Under the pieces are notes generated by a model. It worked only from the letters and a program-made list of their open reading frames with translations. It had not been told where the DNA came from and made no database searches. A stretch of DNA of 64,000 bases from Octopus sinensis (Eukaryota): contig NC_043003.1 of assembly GCF_006345805.1 (NCBI RefSeq), forward strand, positions 104,036,001 to 104,100,000, in the 5' to 3' direction. The translations under genes and the position numbers were made by a program. Positions 26,411 through 39,519 of the stretch are shown here, piece by piece (position 1 is the first letter of the stretch; each line of letters starts with the position of its first letter).

Positions 26411-29400
26411 CTGCTTTTTACTAATGAAAAACCACTAGTTTCTCCAAATTCTAGGTATTTTTTTAATGTAGTTTTTAGATATTAGTATAGCTAATGAAGT
26501 CATGTGGCCCAGTGGTTAGGAGTGTTTGGTTCATGATCAAATGTCATGGATTCAATTCCTGAACAGAGCAATGTGTAGCATCCTTGAGCAAGGCACTTCA
26601 TTTTGCTTTGTTTCAGCCTACTCAGCTGCAAGCAAGGTCCAGCAGAGTGCTGATGCAGCTCTCTCTCTCAATCTAGTTGTCAAAGCCTAGTGTACTGCTG
26701 GATCAAAGGGTAGAAGTGCCAAGAAGATGTCAGTGTAAGCTCACGATGGCATATGCACCTAAAACAATTAGTGAAAGCAGGTACATACTTGTTCACAGGT
26801 GATGGCTGACTATTAAATATTAGTACGGTGAATTCAACAAAAAATATATAAATGAAGAGAGAGAATCCATATACCACATGGTTATACACTGTATAGCAAT
26901 AAAGCAATTACACTACAGCAGTAAAGGTGATTACCCATTTCTGGATACCTCTGACCATGAAAAGTCATATAATTGACTACAATCTAACAACAAACAGAAA
27001 CAAATAATGTCATGAATGTCAAATCTACATTCTTTTTCTTTTTAACCTTAATTGATGAACATTTAACATAGCATAAAACTATATCACTGTCTTCAGCTTA
27101 TGAGCTATGCATATGTTCTAAATATACATTTCATTTTTCTTTTCTTACATGTGATGTGAACTTCAATGCTTTTTGTACACACAAACTCATAAAGCTGCAT
27201 ATGTACATCCCCTGAGCATATTCACACACAGTATATACACATCATACAGGAAATCTAAATAGTGATGATAATATACAGTGTTTAGAATGAGCATATTTTG
27301 GAGCACTCTTATCACCTTTATCAGGGACTCTCCCAGATACACAAGAGGTTAATGTGGATGAACTTTTGTAGAGAAAACAAAAAGGAGTTCCAAAAAGTTC
27401 ATTCTGAAGTGGTGGTGGTGGTGGTGGTTTAATTCACAAGTAAACACTGGCTGAGTATATTTATGGTGGAAGACATTCAAGCCTTGATAGTCTGATCTTT
27501 TTCAGACTGTACCTCCAACTGTATTATCCAGCATGTCATCTATTAAGATGTTAGATGGATGGTTTGGAGAAAAGTTGAAAATTTTTGCAGTGGGTGAAGT
27601 GACTGCATTTAGTTCAGGGTTCGAGATAGAGTAAGCGACTAATAGAGAAAAGAGAGGCTAGTATATTGGTCAGTAAACAACTCAGAGGAATAGCTTTGTA
27701 AATGCTAGAGGCTGGTTCCAGAATGCTGGTAGACTGGTGGATGTAAACTCTTTGCTAATCAGCTGGATAACTATTTAGGGAGAAGCTGTCTAGATGTGCA
27801 TAGCAGCTGCTCTTTTTAGGGATATGTAAGCAATACTTTGTGCATCACATTTGTGCCATATAGAAGCTCAACAGATGTTTAGTGCTGATTTAGTTTCTGG
27901 TCTTGAAGAAGTTGAAGCTTTTGTTGTAGTTTGGCTGCTTTGGAGCTGTGGACACCATCAGAGATAAGATATTATGAGGTCTAGCATATGTGGTGGGGAA
28001 CAAAGTGTCTTGTTTGCAGTGTATGTGATGTTAATCTAATTAATGCCAAAGAATAATGAAAAAGAAAAAAAAAACCCATAAAAGTAGATCATTAAATAAA
28101 TGAGGTTAGCTGATAGCGATACTTGAAATACTGGTCAGGTAAGTAAAATCCTGATACTATCTGGGTTTATTTTGGCTTTAAGCAGGAGTTTGAAACAAGA
28201 GAAACTTGTTAATGATACAGAACAGGTTAAGAAAAGACAATCTAGTTGCTATATCTCTATACTGTGCTAGAACTAAATGTTAAAGAGAAACAATGATTGT
28301 CTAGAACCAAGCAAAATAGGATAAATTGCAAGAATGCCTAGTGTCTTACAGTGAGAGTTTTAATTCAAAATCTACCAAAATTAAATAAAGCATTTGAAGG
28401 TTCTGGTTGAAGAAATAAGACAAGGTGAGAAGACATATTTCCGATGACTTGTCTAAACTGTGACTGTCACGTATAAAATAAAATGTTGCTGTTGGTGCCA
28501 TACAAGACAGGATAATTATCAATACGTTCATTAATGGACATGAGTTTGAATTCTTTTAAAAATTAATTGAATCGTTCCTGTCTTTTGAGTAATAGCATAA
28601 ATATTATATACCAGCGTCAAGCATTCTGAAACTGTTTGCTGTGAAATTCTGAGTGGCTAAAGGACTCAGGGGAACTAACCAAAATGTTTGCTGTTCATTA
28701 TCTTTTTTTTCTTTTTTTTGCAGGTACTACAAGGTGTTGTCCATGGTAAAAACAATTTACTTTCCATGACTAATTTAATTCTAAGTAGGTGCTACTGTGC
28801 AGTAAAGTTCATTGCTGCAAGTAGTGGATCTAGAATGGAATTAAGGGTTGCAGTAAAGAGTCTAGTTGTATGTAAAAAGGAAACCATGCAACTCAGCAAG
28901 AAATTTCTCTCATTCACTTAATGTTATTAAAACCACCTCTTTGTGACTGATTTAATGCTAGGAAAACTGATTTTTGTTGTTTTACAAAGAAGTTAATCAA
29001 AGATTAATTACAATTAATGGCTTTATTGAAACATCTGAACTGTTAGTTCTTGTCTGACAGTGTTTCATTTCGTATAACTAAGTCCTATTGATACTGGAGA
29101 CAGTCAGCTTGCATATGTTCTACTGTACTACATGTTTTTACTCATTCCAACCAGTGAGTTGTGGTCATGCTGGGGCACAAAGCGAGGAATTTGCAGGGGA
29201 GGAGTGAAGTCAATTAGCGTAAACGTCAACTGTATGTGCACAACTGATCGACTTAACAAGGATGAAAATCAAAGTCATCTCTAATGGATTGAAACAGAGA
29301 ATATTTAGGAATCTTATGAAATACTTCCAACCAATCTGGAATTTAAATGTTTTGACACATGACTGTCTTGTATAATAATAATAATAATAATAATAACAAT

Positions 29401-29461
29401 AATAATAACAATAATAATAACTGAAACAAAAAGTAATTTTACAACTGAAGCCAACAACACA

Positions 29462-30180
29462 AATTATACATACACAAATATACATATGCATACATACATA
29501 TACATGCATACATACATATACACACATGTACGCATACATACATATACACACATGTACGCATACATACATATACACACATGTACGCATACATACATATACA
29601 TGCATGTACGCATACATACATATACATGCATGTACGCATACATACATATACATGCATGTACGCATACATACATATACACACGTACGCATACATATATACA
29701 CATACATTTACATATACACATGTGTACATACACATTAACATATAAACATACGTCCGCACACATTTACATATAGACATACGTACACATTTACATATAGACA
29801 TACACACACATTTACATATAGACATACACACACATTTACATATAGACATACACACACATTTACATATAGACATACGTACACACATATTTACATACACATG
29901 TATACACATACATATGTATACATGCATGTGTGTATATAAATTTATACACACACATACCTATACATACAGGAATATATACATGCACTCATACACAAGTACA
30001 TACATGTATGTATGTATATATACAGACATATATATACACACACACACCTGTACATACATATACACTCATATACACACATACATATATATACACACTCATA
30101 TACACACCTACATACACATCTATATATCCATATATACATATTTACAACTACACATTAACATACATATTTAGATATAGACA
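29462..30180. repeat. CA/TA-derived compound minisatellite
   Basis: About 7 copies of the 26-bp unit catgtacgcatacatacatatacaca from 29525, then 24-26-bp units catttacatatagacatacacaca from 29761. Preceded by (AAT)n at ~29374-29420. Confidence 0.95.
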
Positions 30181-32020
30181 CACAAGAATTCAAACATTTC
30201 ATGCTAAATTTACTTTTCATATCAACCAAAGTATCTTTACATCATATGTGGAGTAAAGTCGAACATTGTTAGCCATTAGACAAAAACAAAATGAATAAAT
30301 AAAAATAAGAACAAAAAATTCTCACCAAGCAACCAAGCAGAAGTATGTAAATGAGATGCAATAAGCAAAGCTATTCAAAATCATGCCACACCCCTTTTTT
30401 ATTACTTTTTGCTGAACAGAACATAACACCAAGAAGCAAAAGAAAGCAATGTTTGGGACCGGAGACAGAGAATACACACAGATAGCAGATATGACAAGAT
30501 ATATAATTCAAATAATAATGCAACAAAAAATATAAAATTGTCAAGAAAAAAAAAGTTCTTTTAATTAAACTGAAAGCAAAAAAGCAAAATAGAGTTTTGC
30601 AGATTTCTTTTTCTTCTATTTAATTTAATCATGTTAATGAAAAATATTTGAAATAGTAATAAGCTGTTAGAATATATACTAAGCTGTTAGAATATATACA
30701 ATAAAATATTAAATAAATAATAGCATTGGTAATAAATAGATGTTAAGGTGTGTGTAAAACGACAAAAATAACAAGACTTATTAGATGCGGGTCTTAATAA
30801 TCAAAATATTTTCTTTTTCACAAGATTTAGCTCAGAATAATGGAACCTAAATGGGTGAGGATGGGGAAATCCAAAACAAAGAGCATCCCTGTTGTTCAAA
30901 TATTTGAGAAGGTAGGGATTTAGGTATAATATATAAACAGAAATGTAATAACATTTAAGTAACCAAAGTATACTTTACACAATTATTCTCAAAATATATA
31001 TTCATCGTCATAATTTTATGTTTGCTTTCCATGCTACTATGGATCTCCACAGTTTGAGTCAATTCTGACTTGGAGTTACTGCCCTCCTAGGCAGGTTGGG
31101 GGATCAAATGCTGGTTCTACATTCTATTTTTGACATGGTTTCAATGGCTGGATGATGTTCTAACACCAACCACATAACACAATGTACTGGGTGCATTTTA
31201 TTGTGGTACCAACATGAAGGGTTGCCATGTCCTCAACAGGACAAGAAAAAATGTCCAAAGGGTTCTCCTTATCCTATTTTCTGCTATTTTGCCAACAACA
31301 TTACAGCGTAGTAAGGGAATTTTATTATGGCCCCGACACACTGATGATGTTGCTTTGAAGACAAAGGAGTCTTCACTATTCTTTGTTACCTAGGTTTATT
31401 CAGGGCAACATGACCAACAGAGTGGGGAAGGTGAGGAGGCAATTAGAGAAGATACCAAAAGAGAAGGGAAAAGTGAAAGTATGATGGGTGTGTTGGTGGT
31501 GGGGAAGGTGACTGAGGTGTTGCTGTGGAACTAGACCATGCACATGAGTATATGTGTGTATATATACATATATGTATATGCACACACACAGTCCCAAATG
31601 AATTCTTTCCAACTAATACTTTTAACAAAGGCGTTAAAGGTAAATTCCATCAATTCTATTATTATTATTGGTTATATTCTATGGGTGTTAGGAACAATTG
31701 AAACAATTTGATGAAAGGTTCATAAAACAAAACTCTAGTGGAGAATTTTCTCCAGTTACCCAAGTATTGCTCTATCACAGTGAGATCTTTTAGTTGAGAT
31801 CTCAATCTGTGATCCCACTTTGTAATAAGAAATCAAGAGCAGTTTGTACAGATTTACATTGAAAGGTTCAAAGAGCTAGAATGATTCCAAGCAAGTTAAA
31901 AATGAAGAAAGATTATAATGTAGAGAGAAGAGAATTCTAACATTTCAATCAGTCTTTATTTACTTGAAGATTTCCCTTGATAATTAAATATGCTCAACTT
32001 CAACTGATGTACTTATTATA

Positions 32021-32471
32021 ATGGGTCATCCCATAAATAATGCAGTTTTTACAGTTGCATGAACTAAAAGTCAGAGAGGGATGGGATAGACTACCTGCAT
32101 CAACTTACTATAAAAGCAGGTAGTAATTTTACCTTGTCCTTGTTGCAAGTTTTGATTTGGAATGCAGTTTGATTTTAACAGTTATTTTTTTCAAAGCTAT
32201 AATGGCAGTGACAAAGGAGCATATTTGGCATATTTTGTTTTATGAGTTCAATAAAGGCAGTAACGCTATGGAAAGTGCGAGGAATATTACTGCAGTATAT
32301 AGGGATCGGACAATAAGCCTAAGCCAGTGTCAACAGTGGTTCCAGAAATTCCAAGACAGAAACTACAGCCTAGAAGATGAGCCTCAGCCTGGAAGACCTG
32401 TAGAGCTCAACAAGGACATCCTGCAAACCCTGGTGGAACAAAATTCCATTGTAACTGTTGAGGAACTAGAT
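32021..32471 (+). mobile_element. Mariner 5' fragment (HTH region)
   Basis: TIR-like gggtcatcccataaataatgcagttttt. ATG at 32202 gives MAVTKEHIWHILFYEF...WFQKF...LEDEPQPGRP, then truncation. Confidence 0.85.
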
Positions 32472-32980
32472 TAAAAAAGAACAGTTTCCATGGGCTCCCT
32501 TTCAGGGCCTTGAAAGCTGGTAGAGAAGAAAAGTTTTCTTCAGAGACCTAGACTGAATACTTGAAATAAGATAAATAAGGCAACCAACGAGGGGGTGGAA
32601 GGACAAATATTGATATTAAATTAACAGATTAACCCTACCAACCAAGAATATCTCCTCCTCATCCCATCAGTATCAGATGACCACACAGTTTCTGCCAACT
32701 AAATTTCATTTACAAAGCAATAGTAAAAGACACCCAAAATATCAGACAGTGAGATTTGGCATGAAATTATGTAGTTGCAAACCAAACTTCTTAAACACCC
32801 TATGTTATGTAGTAAGTCACATATATAAACTATTTAAGCCCCCTTAACTTACCCTATGCCCTTCAGTGAGTTACATACAAAATCCATTTCTTAACTACCC
32901 TTCTTATCTACGCTAGGTCATACAAGTCACATATTCTTTCCCTTCTTACCCACACTACATTATATATTAAGTCACATATT

Positions 32981-33378
32981 CTTTTATTCTTTTGTTTCAG
33001 TCATTTGAATGTGGCCATGCTGGAACACCACCTTGAAAGGTTTTAGTCAAACAAATTGACCTAAACATTCATTTTTTAAAGCCTAGTACTTATTCTATCA
33101 GACTTTTGCCAAACTGCTAAGTTATGGGGATGTAAACACACCAGCATCAATTGTCAAGCAGTGATGAGTGGACAAACACAGACAGACACACACACAAATA
33201 TATATATATATATATATGACAGGCTCTTTCAGTTTCTGTTTTTCAAATCCACTTACAAAGTTTTGGTTGGACCGAGGCTATATAGAAGACACTTGTCCAA
33301 GATATCATGCAGTGGGACTGAACATGGAACCATGTGGTTGGGAAGCAAGCTTCTTACCACACAGCCATGCCTGCACCT
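32981..33378 (-). mobile_element. Family A SINE, older copy
   Basis: Same architecture with many CpG-to-TpG/CpA changes. Confidence 0.8.
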
Positions 33379-34501
33379 ATGTAATCTATTTTTTCCGTCA
33401 CAGTGAAATTTCATGTTCTTAACTAGAATTTGAAGGTCACATGACAAAATCTTAAAGTAATGGTAAAATGAAGCTTCAGAAAACTACCACAAATACTGAC
33501 TACCTATTTCTGTAGGTACACAGAAAAATTATACACATGAATATATTCAAATAACACTAGGGCCATTAGATCAATACAATACACCATGACTGAGTGGATA
33601 TCAATCTGATCTCCAACTGATAAATACATTTGTGAAAAACAATGGTTAAGATTAGTCTAGTTTAATAGAAATTGAGTTTCTATTATTTTTGGCTTCTGAT
33701 AGAATTTATAAGAAAAAAGACATTTTGAATGAAATTTAAATTTATATTTCCAATTCAACATTCATATCAATGATTCTTTGTCATGGACCTAGTTTCCTCC
33801 AAGTCAGCAACAACAAACATTTTGAAGGCATTTTTGCTGTCAAAGCAGAGGTTAATCATGTAAGTTACATCACAGCCTTGTCTATTTAACTCCATCCTTT
33901 TTACATCTCCCATTGCCATGTCTTTCTCAGTTTTCTCTTTCTAATTCCATTCACATTTATTTCTATTACTTTCCTAATCTAGTCTCTTCCATCCTTCCAC
34001 AACGCATCACCCAGCCACCCTATTTCTTTTCACAACATCCATTTCTGGCTCTATTCCTATCATTCTCCACAATTCATTGTTTGCTTGTCTCCAAGTGATC
34101 CTCTACTCATCCAATAAACCATTCTCATTTAAGTTCTTGCTAACGTTCCCTTCTGCTCCACATTCACTACCCATGTCTCACTTCCATGAATCATAACCTT
34201 TCTCACATGCGCAGTATACACCCTTCCCTCAGTTTCAGTGGCACTCCCCACTTCATTAACAAGCCACTTAGTTCCTGAAACCTTTCATAAACATTGGAAA
34301 CTGATCCACCTTCAACATGTCTTCTAGATAACAAAATATTTTCACATCTTCCAGTTTCTTGCTATTTCCAATATCCAGTTCAACATTCCCTACATATACA
34401 TCTTGCACTTAAAACTAGCTGCTACATTAGTTAATAGCCCTCTACATTTAATAATCTACTACGTTTTCAATGAACCCTCTCAGTGTATTTTGTACATTTA
34501 A

Positions 34502-34721
34502 CCCTTTCATTACCAACCCGGCTGAAACCGGCTCTGGCTCTGAGTACAAAGGTTTTGTTTACATAAGTTTTGAATTAAAATTTCTCACCAAACCTTAGTT
34601 ACAATTTATGTTCCTAACACTAGCTTAATGATAACTAAGTTATTTTACTAAATTCTTTGTTATATTTAAAATAATTGAAAGAAACACAAAGCATCTCAAA
34701 ATAAATACAGTAACGAAAGGG
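34502..34721 (+). mobile_element. piggyBac-type MITE
   Basis: TTAA|CCCTTTCATTAC ... GTAACGAAAGGG|TTAA. Confidence 0.8.
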
Positions 34722-35409
34722 TTAATGGAATTTACCCTCGGACCCTTCCTTCACACTGCACATAACCACTTCCCTCTACTCTCCATCTCACCACATACTT
34801 TACCATTTGACATCAACTTCATATCTTTAGGCTCCATATATTCCTTCTATCTGTTCATCTTTTTCAATCTATTCATTCTCTCTATTATTTGTGCACAGAA
34901 ATTTCCAAAGCCCTCACACTTCAAACCTCCTTCTTGGCTACATGTAATAGTAAGCTTAAATAGTGGCCTAAAGTACTCCCACTTTCACATACTTCATCCA
35001 AACAGTTGCAATATCACTACTATGATCAACTAATCACCCTCTTCTCTTTTAATGCTTATCTCACCATTTTACATGACACTATCAAAAGCTTTTTGAAGAT
35101 CAAGAAACTCATGAAACTTCTTCAAGTCCATGCGACTGCTTTACAATAAAAATTGCATCAGTTGCTCCTCTTGCTTGATAAAACCTAACTAGATTTCTCC
35201 CTCTCCCCCAATTTTAGCCAACCATATCTTTACTGAATGTACTTAAAAATATCAATTACAAAATCTATTAAGAGAATTAATTGTAAATTCAAGATGTCAT
35301 GAAAGATTTGTTGTTCTTCAGAGATTTTTTAACCATGAACAAACTGAGGAATCAAAATTCTTTAAGCTACTTACCCATCTTACTATAAAATGTTTAAAAA
35401 AATATATTC

Positions 35410-35614
35410 TTTTGTACTTGTTTCAGTCACTTGACTGCAGCTATGCTGGAGCACCGCCTTTAGTCAAACAAATCAACCCCTGGACTTATTCTGTGTAAGC
35501 CTAGTACTTATTCTAATGGTTTCTTTTGCTGAACCAATAAGTTACAGGAACGTAAACACACCACAATTGGTTGTTAAGGAATGTGGGGTGGGGGACAAGC
35601 ACAGATACACATAT

Positions 35615-35654
<40 letters not shown>

Positions 35655-35783
35655 GCCTTCTTTCAGTTTCTATCTACCAAATCCACTCACAAGGCTTTGG
35701 TTGGCCTGAAGCTATAGTAGAAGAATTTGCCCAAAGTGCCACACAGTAGGCATGAACCCGGAACCATGCAGTTGGGAAGCAAG
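35410..35783 (-). mobile_element. Family A SINE, older copy
   Basis: Same architecture, head slightly truncated. Confidence 0.8.
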
Positions 35784-35996
35784 TAGAAAAAAAACTAACT
35801 TTCAATTCAGATATCTTAAAACCATTCTGATGACTAGTTGGTTGGTAACTTTAGGATAAACTACCCAAAGAGTAGAAACAGTTTTTGAATTCCAGCTGTC
35901 TAACCCCACTCCACGATATACTGCTAGTACTTAAAGAGCTTGATTAAATTCCAGACATTATGAAAGATGCCACTGACCAAAATATAACTAAATTAA

Positions 35997-36203
35997 CACT
36001 TTCATTACTATGTTGAAATAATTTTGTTTCAATCTTGAAAAGAATGAAAAATTTAATAAAATAACTGTCAACATTTATCTGATGTTTGGAACATAAATCA
36101 ACATGAAATTTTGATGGGAAATTTTAATTTAGATCATGTTGAAGTAGGAAATTTGTATCATAGAAGAAAGACTTATATTTTAACCTTTTTGGTATCAAAA
36201 GGG
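35997..36203 (-). mobile_element. piggyBac-type MITE, opposite orientation
   Basis: TTAA|cactttcattac ... ggtatcaaaaggg|TTAA. Confidence 0.55.
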
Positions 36204-37959
36204 TTAAAATATAAGCCAGGTAAAAGGAATGGAATTAACAACATTCTTTGATAAAAGATACTGTCTATAAATATTAATTACTCATTCTTTTCATAGTTCA
36301 TCAATATATCATTGCAATTTTTCACCATCATTTTCTAATCAATTCATGATGCAGACCTACCCACTCTAATGACTATGTTAGATTCTAATCATTATCTTCA
36401 TGGTAATCTTTTGAGAATTACAGATGAAATTTTTGTCAATGAGCATGTCTTTATAATCTGTGGGATGCAGTATATGAGTACCTACAAACAAACCAAGTGG
36501 AATATAGAATGTCAGTCATTAAGACTTGTTTGTAGTCTCTCTCTTGTCTGAATGAAAGGGGATTTCTACGGACCTCTTCAAATGATGTATCTCTGAAATA
36601 CTGTCTAAAGAAAATCATGACCTGACATTTAGACATTATTTCTTGCAACTCCTCCCACTGGAAAAAACTGAATTAGCTCCTTGAAAAACATTTCTTGGCT
36701 GTGATACAGCCTTTTGTAAGCCACCCAGGAAAGAGAGAAGGATGAGAGGACTGGATTATAGGCATTGATGATGTGACGACTGTGAAAGGCTATACCTAGG
36801 AGGATTGTCAACTAACCTTAACCATTTTGGACAGGTTTCAAGTAAAGCATATTTGTTGCCACAGGTAACTGACATAGAATTGATGGAGGTCCAACTAATT
36901 ATCTGCCTTGAATGATCAAAGGGTACATGAAAGCTAGAGTAGCTGCAAAGATTAATATTCCAAGGCTGATTTTGGAAGTGAGAAAAAGGTGAAAAATGTT
37001 TGGAGAGTGAGGGACATAACTGGACAAGGAATTTAACTGGTATATACAATAGTGCACATTGACTTCCGCCATCTTTGTCAGTGTAAGTGAAGCGTAAAAT
37101 CTTAGCAAGGGATGTGAATACAGAAGTCATTGAAAATGAAAATTTTAGAGAAGAGAAAGTTGAGGCATGTTCTTAATGCAAAAAAGAGAGCACTGACCAA
37201 ATTTCTGCCACTTACTAAAATGTCTAAACTAACTTGAGAGTTTTTAGCTTCACGTCTTAATACACTTGATCAGTAGTACAAGACTATACCACTACCTGAC
37301 AAATCTTTTATAGTGGAAGCTCCCAACTGAAATGACAGTCAGAAGGAAAATATTAAAATAAAAGTTAAAACGTTTAATTAATATTATCATTACTAATTAT
37401 AAATTTGGAGTGAGACTCAGGTGGAGAGGGTCAGGCTTTCCTTTCAAATATTACCATTAGTGTCCAACAAGAAGGATTATGTACCAAATTGGAATAGCTG
37501 GGACAAAGAGTTCCAACTGAAGCTGGGTACTCTAACCATAGTGGCATACTGCAACCATGTGAAGTTATCCAAACCATCAAGAGTATCAGTTCTGGTTTAA
37601 TACACCAGTTATTGATGGTTCAGACTACAGTTGAGTACTTCCAGCCATCAACAACAATTCTAACTACAGTCAAATATATTAGTAAATGTTTGAATATTTG
37701 AAAAAGGCATTCTTTGACCCAATTTCATTAATGATAAATAAATAGCATGATTAGAGTACAAAAATATATGTAAAACATTAAAATACTTCAATCAAAATAT
37801 ATAATAATAGCAATAATAAAAATGAATATCCTGAAGGATTATTTTAAAATTCAAGTTTTGCTATAAGAATATGTATGGTGAGAATAATTGTGTAAAGTGT
37901 GCTTAAATCACTTATGATAGAGAAAGAAATGAAAGTGAATGGAGGTTGATGTATCATGC

Positions 37960-38270
37960 AAATCAGAGTGTTGTGTGCAAAGTGTGAGTGTAATGACTGT
38001 AATGAGCAAGTGAGTGTAGCACACATGAGTGTAGAGTTCATGTAGGTGCAATGAGTATGTGAGCATAATGTACAATGTGCAACTGCAGACAGGGGACAAC
38101 TGTGTTTGTGCAAGGTGCAAGTATATCTGAAACATGCAAATGGGCATGTGTGTGTATAATGTGCAAGTGTGTGCATGAGTGTATTGTGCATGTGTGTGCA
38201 TGAATGTATTTGTGCAGGTGCATGTGTGTGTAGTGTGCAAGTGTGTTTGTAATGTGCAAGTGTATGTGAA
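37960..38270. repeat. Degenerate TG-rich minisatellite
   Basis: Recurrent gtgtgcaagtgtg / aatgtgcaag motifs. Confidence 0.75.
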
Positions 38271-38690
38271 AGGCAGGAAACATTTCCTGTAAAGAGAAAG
38301 TAGAAATGGGTATAGAAACGGATTGTCATGCACAGGAAGATGGTGCAGCTGTGTCAATGTTGTGTCCCATGTGTGTCAGAAACAAAAGTCAAACAAATAG
38401 GAAAACAGACCACATTTTGGTAAATTACCTCCACCCCCTTCAAACGGAACAGGGTCAACATGGACTATGGATAATAGGGTTCCTCTTTGGACAATGAAAC
38501 AAACAGACGCACACACAGAGTGATACTGATGATGGCAGTGGTTTGAGAGAAACAGACACACACATACACACACACACTGATGATAATGGTGTTGGACTGG
38601 GTGGGAGTTGGTGATAGTAAAACCAGAAGCTATGGCATAATGGCAGTTATTTTGGTGAATTCTGTAAAATAGTGAGAATGCTGTTCTTAC

Positions 38691-38828
38691 CTCTTGTAAT
38701 AGGTCCTGTGCAGCAATGGCCTTCAACACATTTTTCTTGCTGGTTTCCTGCACTTCACCGCCAAGCATTAACTCGTCAAGCATGAAGTAAGCTTTTTCAA
38801 AATTAAAGATTATGTCAAGCTCACATAC
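38691..38828 (-). CDS. AP1S: AP-1 sigma exon 4 (138 nt): [46 protein letters not shown]
   Basis: Acceptor ttggcAG at 38829-38830, donor GTAAGA at 38685-38690, phase 0/0. Conserved [10 protein letters not shown] motif. Confidence 0.98.
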
Positions 38829-39279
38829 CTGCCAATAGAGACAAAATGGAATTGTGCTCATTCAGTGCATAAATTATTCAACAATATGAAAATATAATTT
38901 TAAAAAACAAAGAATCACTTCGCTACCATGTGGTTTGGGGGTCAAGTGTCTTCTACTATGGCTTCAAGCTGACAATGCCTTGTGAGTGAATTTGGTGGAC
39001 AGAAAATGCTTGGAAGTTTACAATGTGTGTGTGTATTCATCTCTCATACTCCCAAACATTTTTACCCACCATTACCACTTCTCTTACATTCACCTTTTTG
39101 TAATTTGAGGGCACACTGAGACCTCTTCAACACCATCGTTTTTAGCTGGGGTAACCACATATTACCCCTACAGCAAGACACCTGTCCCTGTTCCTTGAAC
39201 TGCCTTATCACCTGGCACAAAGCCTCATCCAACAATACTACCTTCTACTCAGTTGAGGGTGTCTTGTGGAGTGGGTTAC

Positions 39280-39485
39280 ATGATGACCTCACTCGTGCTA
39301 GTACCACATAAAAGTGCTTGTGTGGTGCCATGTTAAAAGCACTCAACACATTATAATGTGGTTGGCATTAGGAATGGCATCCAGCTGTAGAAACCAAGCA
39401 GCTCTCCAGCTTGCTAGCTCTCATCAAACCATCCAACCCATGCCAGCATGGAAAAGAGATGTTAAAAGTTGATGATTATGATGTC
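39280..39485 (+). mobile_element. RTE 3'-tail element, tail-to-tail with the RTE LINE at 39520
   Basis: ggttggcattaggaatggcatccag...catccaacccatgccagcatggaaa. Confidence 0.75.
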
Positions 39486-39519
39486 CACTGCCTGACAGTT
39501 GGTGTTGGTTTCGTTGTCG

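Noticed and set aside
28130-28760. Plus-strand donor (28140) and acceptor (28723) suggesting a nested antisense gene
   Set aside because: Isolated signals. The poly-T tract explains the acceptor and there is no recognisable coding sequence.
29210-30256. Multiple overlapping ORFs
   Set aside because: Minisatellite artefacts.
38376-38690. Open read-through of exon 4 into the intron ([12 protein letters not shown]...)
   Set aside because: A good GTAAGA donor is present, and the extension runs through (TG)n low-complexity sequence with no homology.
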